Part shown: positions 1-7,159 of the stretch, piece after piece
Position numbering within the stretch: the first letter of the stretch is position 1
Layout: every line of letters starts with the position of its first letter
Virus record (IMG/VR): IMGVR_UViG_3300048834_000363
Location: 1-51,379 of that record
Strand: one strand, 5' to 3'
DNA length: 51,379 nt
Origin: a virus
Lineage: Duplodnaviria > Caudoviricetes
The notes under the pieces: generated by a model
Databases searched by the model: none
Told to the model about the DNA's origin: nothing
What the model saw: the letters and a program-made list of their open reading frames with translations, nothing else
Program-made: the position numbers and the translations under genes

Positions 1-47
1 CTGTCGGCTTAGGACGGACCTGCTCTATCCAGCTGAGCTACGGGGCC
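1..47. repeat. Left attachment site (direct repeat)
   Basis: ctgtcggcttaggacggacctgctctatccagctgagctacggggcc is identical to 50641..50687; may extend left of the window. Confidence 0.95.
1..47 (-). tRNA. 5' part of a tRNA-Arg(CCT)-like gene; the 3' part would lie outside the window
   Basis: Minus strand GGCCCCG TA GCTC AGCTGGATA GAGC A GGTCC GT CCT AA GCCGA CAG: typical Arg acceptor and D arm with CCT at the anticodon position, but the anticodon stem does not pair canonically. Confidence 0.7.
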
Positions 48-58
48 TGCGCGCAGAA

Positions 59-87
59 TGCGTAGTGAAATCAGCGCGTCGGCGCAA
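59..87 (-). promoter_or_regulatory. Candidate phage-supplied sigma70 promoter for the tRNA at the left att
   Basis: TTGCGC-N17-TACGCA ends 11 nt before tRNA position 1, the same geometry as the host-side TTGCGG-N17-TAGCTC at the right copy; the -10 is weak. Confidence 0.45.
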
Positions 88-122
88 CGCTGGAAGAGAA
101 CGAAAAGAGACGCTCACGGCAT

Positions 123-144
123 GGTTTGCAACGCGGTTTGCAAC
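123..144 (+). promoter_or_regulatory. Putative integrase arm-type sites (2 x GGTTTGCAAC)
   Basis: Direct repeats at 123..132 and 135..144; near-identical GGTTTGCATC occurs twice just inside the other att. Confidence 0.7.
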
Positions 145-182
145 TCTGTTCGCCGACCGTTCGATTTGAGGCTTAAGGAAAC

Positions 183-212
183 GAGAGGGGGCAGCCGAAG
201 CCGCCCCCTCTC
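183..212 (-). terminator. Intrinsic terminator-like hairpin ending the late operon
   Basis: Minus strand GAGAGGGGGCGGC-TTCG-GCTGCCCCCTCTC then GTTTCCTT; a second TTCG hairpin lies at 224..239. Confidence 0.7.
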
Positions 213-246
213 TTCCCCGCACACCGCCCCGAAGGGCGGATTCTGT

Positions 247-600
247 TTACTGGGCAGGCGGCTCGTCTGCCGGCGGCTCGGCCGGAGGTTCAGCCGCCGG
301 GGTGTTCGCCGTGATCGCGGCAGCGATCGCTTCCTGCGTGTTGTTCAGGCTGGTGATGACTTCATCGACCGTGCCTTCGCCGGCCAGCACGCCTTGCAGC
401 TGGCCGTTGATGCCGTTCAGCAGCGCGATGATCGAGCCCGCGACGGTTTGCGTCTCCTGCGCCTCAGCGAGCGCGGTGTTCAGTTTCTCTTGCAGGGACA
501 TTTTCAATTCCTCGATTGCCGCCAGGAGGAGGGCAACACCCGAAGCGCCTGGCTCGCCCGCGGGGTGGATGTGGTGGTGAACTTGGATGGTGATTTCCAT
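247..600 (-). CDS. Small coiled-coil phage protein, last gene of the late operon
   Basis: Protein-like composition with a Pro/Ala tail; follows the upstream gene closely. Confidence 0.7.
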   Translation of the reverse strand: MEITIQVHHHIHPAGEPGASGVALLLAAIEELKMSLQEKLNTALAEAQETQTVAGSIIALLNGINGQLQGVLAGEGTVDEVITSLNNTQEAIAAAITANTPAAEPPAEPPADEPPAQ

Positions 601-605
601 GTGCG

Positions 606-773
606 TCAGGCCTTCTGCTTGGCGCGCACGGACGGCGCTTTGGGGCGCACGCTCGGCATCACCTGCGCCAGCACGCAGCCGGCGAGGCGCTTGGCCTCAG
701 CGGGCGTGCAGACGCCATCCTTCACGACGCGGCCGGCGAGTTTCGCCAGCCGCACCGACGTGCGCTTATCCAT
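606..773 (-). CDS. Small basic hypothetical protein (MDKRTS...)
   Basis: Fills the gap between neighbours when started at ATG 773. Confidence 0.5.
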   Translation of the reverse strand: MDKRTSVRLAKLAGRVVKDGVCTPAEAKRLAGCVLAQVMPSVRPKAPSVRAKQKA

Positions 774-786
774 TGTGATCCTCGTT

Positions 787-1116
787 TTAGTTCGCGCGGG
801 GCGGGGGCCACCGCTCTTTGATTTCCTCGGAGAGCTCATCGAGCCGCTTCATGATGCGCTCTTCCGATTTCTCCATGGCCTTTTCGACGTCGGGCTTTCG
901 CGCATACGTCTCCGCCGCATAGAGCTGGTGTTTGGCCAGCGAGCCCGCGACGTCGTCGGCGCTCTTCTGCGCTTTTTCGGATGCGGTTTTCAAATCGTCG
1001 ATCTCCCGGCGATGACTGAGGTGCAGCCAACCCAATACGATCGTGAAGAGGGTGAGGATTGCACCCCACGCATGGTCGAACGTGAACACCGGCGGCGGGA
1101 CTCCATCTGCGCTCAC
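787..1116 (-). CDS. Single-TM plus coiled-coil protein, holin/antiholin-like
   Basis: TM segment AWGAILTLFTIVLGWL then coiled coil; lysis-cassette position; 4-nt overlap with the upstream gene. Confidence 0.65.
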   Translation of the reverse strand: MSADGVPPPVFTFDHAWGAILTLFTIVLGWLHLSHRREIDDLKTASEKAQKSADDVAGSLAKHQLYAAETYARKPDVEKAMEKSEERIMKRLDELSEEIKERWPPPRAN

Positions 1117-1367
1117 GGCGCGTCGTTTCCGCAGAAGCGATCGAACACGGCGTTGTGCTCGATCGCCTGCGCGATGGTTTCATCGGTGTCTTGGCGTGAC
1201 GGCCTGAACCGCTCCAGCGCGTCACACGGCACGCTGGAGGGTTCGGGCTCGCTGGCGCCTCTAATCCCGGAAATGAGCGTCGGGATGCTCGCGCAGCTTC
1301 CCAGGATCAGCGTCAAGCTCAGCGCGAACGCGAGCGCGAATTTCCTTCGCTTCGAAGACGGCTTCAT
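1113..1367 (-). CDS. Putative o-spanin (Rz1-like lipoprotein)
   Basis: Basic N-terminus, hydrophobic stretch, lipobox LGSC, Pro/Cys-rich; overlaps the upstream TM/coiled-coil gene. Confidence 0.6.
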   Translation of the reverse strand: MKPSSKRRKFALAFALSLTLILGSCASIPTLISGIRGASEPEPSSVPCDALERFRPSRQDTDETIAQAIEHNAVFDRFCGNDAP

Positions 1368-1494
1368 TGTGTTTTCTCACCCTCTCGCGAAAGAGTTCGC
1401 GCTCGATGTCGGAATGCAGCTTCTCGCGCTCGATCCAGCGGACGATTGAGCCCGCCAGATCGACGACGAGAAGCGCAAGCTGTAGCCAGTTCAC
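1261..1494 (-). CDS. Putative i-spanin (Rz-like)
   Basis: N-terminal hydrophobic helix and charged helical tail; overlaps the lipoprotein gene. Confidence 0.55.
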   Translation of the reverse strand: MNWLQLALLVVDLAGSIVRWIEREKLHSDIERELFRERVRKHNEAVFEAKEIRARVRAELDADPGKLREHPDAHFRD

Positions 1495-2147
1495 GACGCT
1501 GCGGCCGGGGCGACCGGCGCGACCGGCGAGGTGGTTTGGAGTTCGACAGGACGCAGCACCACCGGCGCCATGAAAGCGACGTGCTCATTCGCCGGCAGCC
1601 GCATCAAGGACCAGATGCGGCGGCGCTGGGCATCTTCGCCGCCGACTGGCTTCAGCATGCCGCCGAAGAGCGCGATGCTCTGCTCAAGCGCACGCTCCAC
1701 CCATGCTTGAGCGACGGGAAATGAGACCTCGCGCGGCTTGCCGTCCGGGCCGATGGCCGCGCCCTCGACGTAATTCGCCGCGGCCTGCACCGCCCGTTCC
1801 GTCCATTCGGCGATCATCTCAGCACGCTTTGCGTCGGCATTGCGGTTGAGCACCTTGTTGACGGCTGCGGTGATTGCGGCCGTAGCGCCCAGCAGCGCCG
1901 TAGCGAGCAGAGACAGCACGCCCTCCAGAAGGGGCGAAAGGTCCACACGCCCGTCCGGCGCATACGTCGTGAGATCGGCCGATTGCTCGCCGTTGAACTC
2001 CGAGCCAGCCGCCGGCATCGGGGCGACCAGATCAGCGACAACGCCAGTGTTGGCCGCGATAGTTTCAGCGGCGGCCGGGGTGGCGAGCGCAAGCACGCCA
2101 AAGGTTGCCGCCGCCGCGAGCGCGGCGACGATCGATGACAGTTTCAT
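1491..2147 (-). CDS. Membrane protein, holin-like
   Basis: Signal-like N-terminus MKLSSIVAALAAA plus internal TM segment LLEGVLSLLATALLGA; first gene of the lysis-like cluster. Confidence 0.6.
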   Translation of the reverse strand: MKLSSIVAALAAAATFGVLALATPAAAETIAANTGVVADLVAPMPAAGSEFNGEQSADLTTYAPDGRVDLSPLLEGVLSLLATALLGATAAITAAVNKVLNRNADAKRAEMIAEWTERAVQAAANYVEGAAIGPDGKPREVSFPVAQAWVERALEQSIALFGGMLKPVGGEDAQRRRIWSLMRLPANEHVAFMAPVVLRPVELQTTSPVAPVAPAAAS

Positions 2148-2296
2148 ATTAGCTCCGTGGGTTCCAGGCGTGCGGGATTTGCGGCGGCGTCGGCCTGGAT
2201 GCGACACCGTCGACAAGGGGGGCTGCCTTGCCGGGACATTGGGTCAGGTCATTGACCAGCTTGGCTTAGGGGCTGGCGCTGCATTATGGTCAGCCG

Positions 2297-2941
2297 ATGG
2301 TCGACAAAGCTTATTCCGAGCGCCCAAATTTTCGTCCGTTCAGATGGGCGCTCGACGGCGGCGGGCGACGTCTGGTGATTGATCTCATCCGCACGCGCGG
2401 GCTGAAGGTTATGCTTGAAGTTGGGGTCTACGTAGGCGGATCAAGCCTGCAGTGGCTTGAGGCCTGCCCTGATCTGCATGTGATCGGCGTCGATCCGTGG
2501 CCCGCGGATATGGATGTCGGCGGGTATTTTGAACGCAATGCCGACTTCTACCGTGCGCATGTCGACCTGTGCGGCATGAGCGAGGCGGAGTTCATCGCGC
2601 AGATGAAGCGCCCAGACGCCGGATTCCTCGCGACGATTTCCAACCTTTGGGATTATCGAGGCCGCTTCACTCCGGTTCGTGGCTATGCGCCGGCGGCTTT
2701 GCATGAGCTTAAGGCGCGTGGTGCAAAGCCCGACATCGCGTTTCTCGACGCCATGAAAACCGGCGACGAAATGAATGTCATCCGCGAACTATGGCCAGAC
2801 TGCATCATCACAGGCGACGATTGGTGCTGGCGTGACCACGCCGGCAACGCACCCATTCGAGCTCCGGTGCTGGATTTTGCAGAGCGCCACGATCTGCGCC
2901 TCACCGTGGAGCGCGCGACCTGGATGCTGACGCCGCTTTAA
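2297..2941 (+). CDS. Class I SAM-dependent methyltransferase (Methyltransf_24-like), moron
   Basis: Motifs LEVGVYVGGS, IGVDPW, DIAFLDA, ITGDDW; opposite strand to the late operon. Confidence 0.85.
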   Translation: MVDKAYSERPNFRPFRWALDGGGRRLVIDLIRTRGLKVMLEVGVYVGGSSLQWLEACPDLHVIGVDPWPADMDVGGYFERNADFYRAHVDLCGMSEAEFIAQMKRPDAGFLATISNLWDYRGRFTPVRGYAPAALHELKARGAKPDIAFLDAMKTGDEMNVIRELWPDCIITGDDWCWRDHAGNAPIRAPVLDFAERHDLRLTVERATWMLTPL

Positions 2942-5238
2942 GCGGCGACGCGGTAGCGGCCGCGAATGCGGAGGATGGCGCCGCTCCCGCTGGCTTTGTC
3001 CGTAATCGCCAGCTCGCTCGGGCTCACGCCCGATCCAAGCGCCTGGATCGTAATGTAGCTCTGACCAGAGTTCGCGACCGGCACAAGTTGCGTGCGTGAC
3101 GCTGGCCAGTTGAACGCCGTGATGTCCGTCAGCACAAAGTCGCTCGGATTTGCCGACGCAACCGCCGCAAGCGGCAATCCGCCGATCCGCACAGCGCCGG
3201 TTGCCGTGGTATAAGTTGGGGTGAAGTTCAGATTGATCTCGATCTGAACCCATTTGCCAACGCGCTGATAATTGCCGACCTGCGTCGTGTACGACACTGA
3301 CAGGTCGCCAGGCGTGGAGCTCGTCACGGTCGGCGTGAACGTGCCAGCCTGATAGAGCGGTAGCAAGTTGGCGAAGTCGACGTAGTCGGTGGCGCCTGGA
3401 TTGCCCAAGACCTTTACGTTTGAGCCGATCGTTGCGCCGCCAGAAAGCGTGGTCGTGATGGCGGCGCCGTTACCCTTGAACGTGTTGCCGACGATTGCGA
3501 TGTCATCGATCGTAATCGCGCTGGACGCCGTCAGAAGAACGCCGTTGGTGGCGAAGTTTTGGATCAGGGTGCCGTAGATCGTGCCTTCGCCAGTTGAGCC
3601 CGATATAACAACGCCGTTTGTTGCTGTCGGCGTATCGCCGCCATCGAGCGTACTGCCTCCAATCGCCCAGCCTTCTTGCTCTTGTATATAGACGGCGTCG
3701 CCGCCAACCATTTTGACGGTGACATTGGAGAGAACCATGCGCTCTGAGGCATACCCGTAAACGCCTCGCGTATCGCAGCCGAGGATGGTGGTGCCGTCGA
3801 CACTCACGTCGTCGTTCGTGCCCGTGGCGCCCTGAATAGCGACTCCGGTTGTCCCGGTGACGCCATCAGCATCAATTGTACCCCCTGAGACAGAGGCCCC
3901 ATCCGAGCTGTTAGCTATCTCAATGCCGTTTATAGCGAAGCCCTTAATAGAACAATCGCTGGCGATGGCGCTGGGGCAATGATCCAGGCTTACCCCCATT
4001 GAGCCGCCAAACGTCGTGCACCCATCCGCCTTAAAACCAGGCGCATTTCTAACCTCGATGCAGAGATTGGAGCTGTCATTCGGCGAGGTTGGCATGCGCA
4101 CTTCGACATTGCGCACATAGCCGCCCTTGAGCGGGTAGGACGATGACCCGCGAATTTGGATGCCACCTTGCGTGAGGCTCGCAGGCATTGCCGAGCGATC
4201 GACGCGGCCGCCCTCGATGCGAGGGCCGTTCTTTGTGGCGGTGTTCGTGCCGCCGTCCAGGAAGATGCCGATATTGCCAACCGTGCCGCCAATGTCTTTA
4301 TCGATGATGTAAGTATCGTCCGTGTTGGCGCCGAGATAGATTCCGTAACCATCGACGTCGCGCACCTTCGGGCGGATCAGAACGCAACGATCACCATACA
4401 CCGTGATCCCGCCGCAGCTTGTCGTGTTGGCGGCGTTCCCATCGACATAAGCGTCAATAAGCGTCACATCGTCAGCGCTGGCGCCGATGCGGATCGCATC
4501 CTTGCTGGATGTGCCGCTGGCAAACTTCAACTTAGCGCCGCGGTCAAAAATCCAGACCTGGTTGGCCAGCGGTTCCAAATTGTCGGAGATGATATAGGTT
4601 CCGTGCGGGAAATAGATCGTGGCGCCGGACGCGCCTCCCGCTGTGATCGCCGCTGCGATCTCTGCGGTGTCGTCATTGCTGCCATCGCCCAACGCGCCGT
4701 AAGTCGGATTCTTGACGTTGATCCAGTTCGGCCCACCCAACCGCGCCATGGCTCTGGCTACAGTTGTCTCCTCCAACACAGGCGTCATGGCTTCGGACGC
4801 AGGCGAGCCCGAAAACACCAGCAGCCAGCGGCCAGCCCCTGTTGATGCGGCCCCTACAGAGGGGCGTAAAACCGTTGTGCCATTATGTGCGTCCTCGGAT
4901 GCTGGATCATAGCGATAGAACGCAATCTCCGTTTCGAGGAGAAGCGCAATAGCGCCGCTCGGAACGTGCGCTGCAGCATCGATCGCACGCAGGACGGTGG
5001 CAGTCAGCGCGTTGATGAACGTCGGCTGCTCAACCCAAATCGGCCCCGTCGCTTCACGGCACTGGTAGAGCTTCTTTTCGTCGGTTCTGAAGCAATATTG
5101 CCCGACGACTGGCGCTGGATCAGTCGGGAATGCCGTGCCGGAAAAGCAGCTCCGCAACGCCTCATCACGCGCAGCGATTTTCGGCCGGCTGTCCCGGATT
5201 TTTTGGGTTGCAGGAAAATCTTCGAACGTTTGAACCAT
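2938..5238 (-). CDS. Tailspike / receptor-binding protein with a right-handed beta-helix (pectate-lyase-like)
   Basis: NVKNPTYGALGDGSNDDTAEI...IYFPHGTYII entry motif, G/N/D/I-rich coil repeats, C-terminal GTFTPT...GNYQRVGKWV domain. Confidence 0.9.
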   Translation of the reverse strand: MVQTFEDFPATQKIRDSRPKIAARDEALRSCFSGTAFPTDPAPVVGQYCFRTDEKKLYQCREATGPIWVEQPTFINALTATVLRAIDAAAHVPSGAIALLLETEIAFYRYDPASEDAHNGTTVLRPSVGAASTGAGRWLLVFSGSPASEAMTPVLEETTVARAMARLGGPNWINVKNPTYGALGDGSNDDTAEIAAAITAGGASGATIYFPHGTYIISDNLEPLANQVWIFDRGAKLKFASGTSSKDAIRIGASADDVTLIDAYVDGNAANTTSCGGITVYGDRCVLIRPKVRDVDGYGIYLGANTDDTYIIDKDIGGTVGNIGIFLDGGTNTATKNGPRIEGGRVDRSAMPASLTQGGIQIRGSSSYPLKGGYVRNVEVRMPTSPNDSSNLCIEVRNAPGFKADGCTTFGGSMGVSLDHCPSAIASDCSIKGFAINGIEIANSSDGASVSGGTIDADGVTGTTGVAIQGATGTNDDVSVDGTTILGCDTRGVYGYASERMVLSNVTVKMVGGDAVYIQEQEGWAIGGSTLDGGDTPTATNGVVISGSTGEGTIYGTLIQNFATNGVLLTASSAITIDDIAIVGNTFKGNGAAITTTLSGGATIGSNVKVLGNPGATDYVDFANLLPLYQAGTFTPTVTSSTPGDLSVSYTTQVGNYQRVGKWVQIEINLNFTPTYTTATGAVRIGGLPLAAVASANPSDFVLTDITAFNWPASRTQLVPVANSGQSYITIQALGSGVSPSELAITDKASGSGAILRIRGRYRVAA

Positions 5239-5259
5239 CTTGCGTTTGCGTCCTTCAGC

Positions 5260-6726
5260 TCAGTAGCCGGTGGCGATCCACTTGATTTTGCCGTCGACGC
5301 TGTCGTCGAGATCGTCGCCGAAATGGATTGTTGCGAAGAAGCGGCCGGTCTCGATGTCGTCGCGCACAGTCACGCGCGGCACCGTGATGACGCCATCGGC
5401 GGCGACGACTTGGGCGACGACTTCGGGCGGCTGATAGAAGCCGCGGTTGAACGTGACGTACTGCCCGCCTTCGGCGATCTCGGCTTCGCCACGATCGATG
5501 ACGTCAGGCACATCGATGTTCAGCTTGGCGCGCGTGATCGCGAAAATGCGCTCGACGGCCTCGACGGTGAGGCGCATCCAGATCACGGCGCTCTGAAACT
5601 CGTATTCACCGGCCACGAATGGGGCGAAGTCGCCGAAGCCGACAGGCCCGCGGATGTTCCAGCGGGTTTGAAACGCGGCGCCAGCCGATGAGCCCTGGAT
5701 CAGTTCGACGTCAGCGACGGCGCCAGGGAAGGGGCCGATCGACACCTTGTCGAACACTGGCGTGACGCGCGTGCCGCCGGTGACTAGGGGCCGGCGCAGC
5801 TTCACCTCGATGTCGAGGCGCGGCGGCTCAACGTTGTGCAGCTCGCGCCGCACCTCTGGCGCATAGACTTGCAGGTCGATCAGTAGCGGCGGCGGGCCGA
5901 CGCCTGTGATGATCTTGGCCTGCGGAAACGTGAGCTCGATTTCGAGCAGCGGCGCTTCGAGCTCTTGATCGTACCCAACCGATGGCGCCAGCGGCGTCAC
6001 GGCGATGTCGAGGCGCGGCGCCGCGAGCGCCAAGTTCAGCTGCGGCGCGCGCGGCGTCACCGCAATGTTGAGGCGCGGCGGCTGCAGCGCGACGATGCCG
6101 CCCCTGATCGCGTAGGTGTTGGTGATGAACCGCCGCGAAGTGGAGAACGGCGACAGCGTCCAGTCACCGGGATTCTGGCTGCTGGCGTTCAGCGAGCGCC
6201 GCGCCGATGCGAGGCCGAGATTGCCGCCAGTGTCGTCGTATTGGCGGTTGTCGTAATTCGATGGCGTCGATGGCGTGGCTGTGGGATCGCGGATCGCAAC
6301 CGTCGTGATCCATAGAACGTCGTCGGCGCCCCAGGGCGGCGCGCAGTTCGGGGGATTGGCGACTCGGTCGTTTCCGGTGACTGCGGCGCCAGCAGCGATC
6401 TCCCCCGTCGCTTCGCTCAGCCGATAGATGTGCCAGACAGCGCGCGTCGCGATGTTGGTGTTGATGCTGAGCGAAAGCCCGCTCTCGCTGCCGTCGCAAA
6501 TCTTCTTGAAGACGTGCAGGCCGACATAGCTGCTGTACGCTGTGGAATCGACGGGGCTCCATTCGCCCGCGGTGTCGTTATCCCAGGTAACGGTGGCGCC
6601 GCTGCGAACCGCGAAGAAGGCGAGCAGGGTCTGCCCGGCCGTGACCGTCGGAAGCTGAACGCTGCGTGCCAGCAAGTCGCTGTTGGACTGCCCGCGCTTG
6701 ACCTCGACAACAGTGGGGAACGTCAC
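5260..6726 (-). CDS. Tail tip/fibre-associated structural protein, apparently chimeric
   Basis: Beta-rich N-domain, PRLxIxV repeats, C-terminal VTFNRGFYQPPEVV domain of the kind that ends tail-tip proteins. Confidence 0.75.
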   Translation of the reverse strand: MTFPTVVEVKRGQSNSDLLARSVQLPTVTAGQTLLAFFAVRSGATVTWDNDTAGEWSPVDSTAYSSYVGLHVFKKICDGSESGLSLSINTNIATRAVWHIYRLSEATGEIAAGAAVTGNDRVANPPNCAPPWGADDVLWITTVAIRDPTATPSTPSNYDNRQYDDTGGNLGLASARRSLNASSQNPGDWTLSPFSTSRRFITNTYAIRGGIVALQPPRLNIAVTPRAPQLNLALAAPRLDIAVTPLAPSVGYDQELEAPLLEIELTFPQAKIITGVGPPPLLIDLQVYAPEVRRELHNVEPPRLDIEVKLRRPLVTGGTRVTPVFDKVSIGPFPGAVADVELIQGSSAGAAFQTRWNIRGPVGFGDFAPFVAGEYEFQSAVIWMRLTVEAVERIFAITRAKLNIDVPDVIDRGEAEIAEGGQYVTFNRGFYQPPEVVAQVVAADGVITVPRVTVRDDIETGRFFATIHFGDDLDDSVDGKIKWIATGY

Positions 6727-6739
6727 GTCAGCGGCTCAA

Positions 6740-7141
6740 TCAGACGAGCGCCAGCACGCCCGACACGTTCCACTGGATCGTGATGTTGCCGCCATTCGGC
6801 GAGACCGGCAGGCCGGTGACGCCTGTATCGAGGTAAGCGATCAGTGGCGACGTCGCCGGATCGCCGGTATCCTTGAAGAGGATCAAGGCCTCGCAGGGAT
6901 CGCCGCTGACCGTCGGGATCGTGACGTCGGCTGCATCGAACACCCCAGCCGTGAACGTCTTCGACGTGAGCGCCGTCGGGGTGCCGACTGCGCCGGCAAC
7001 GGCATCGTTCCAGAAATCGTGCGCCGAATCGAAGCTGTAATCCGCGGTGTCGATCAGCGCGACCTTGATGGTGTCATTCTCAAGATCGATGTCGCCTTTC
7101 CACAGCAGATTGAGAAAGCTCGTGTAGGGAGCGTTTGCCAC
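6740..7141 (-). CDS. Virion structural protein (fibre-associated family)
   Basis: IDLENDTIKVALI...FDAADVT...LIAYLD...NGGNITIQW pattern seen in small phage virion proteins. Confidence 0.75.
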   Translation of the reverse strand: MANAPYTSFLNLLWKGDIDLENDTIKVALIDTADYSFDSAHDFWNDAVAGAVGTPTALTSKTFTAGVFDAADVTIPTVSGDPCEALILFKDTGDPATSPLIAYLDTGVTGLPVSPNGGNITIQWNVSGVLALV

Positions 7142-7159
7142 GTCGTTCAGTCTCCGGTG

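Noticed and set aside
1-21. Refolding the anticodon arm to give a CUA (amber suppressor) anticodon
   Set aside because: Needs a register shift, a C-C mismatch and loss of the conserved U33
58-1449. 463-aa plus-strand ORF and similar long antisense ORFs (8600..10450, 12808..14592)
   Set aside because: Antisense shadows of well-supported minus-strand genes in high-GC DNA; Arg-rich and without motifs
2938-7141. Diversity-generating retroelement or invertase-driven tail fibre switching
   Set aside because: No reverse transcriptase, no template/variable repeat pair and no invertase seen
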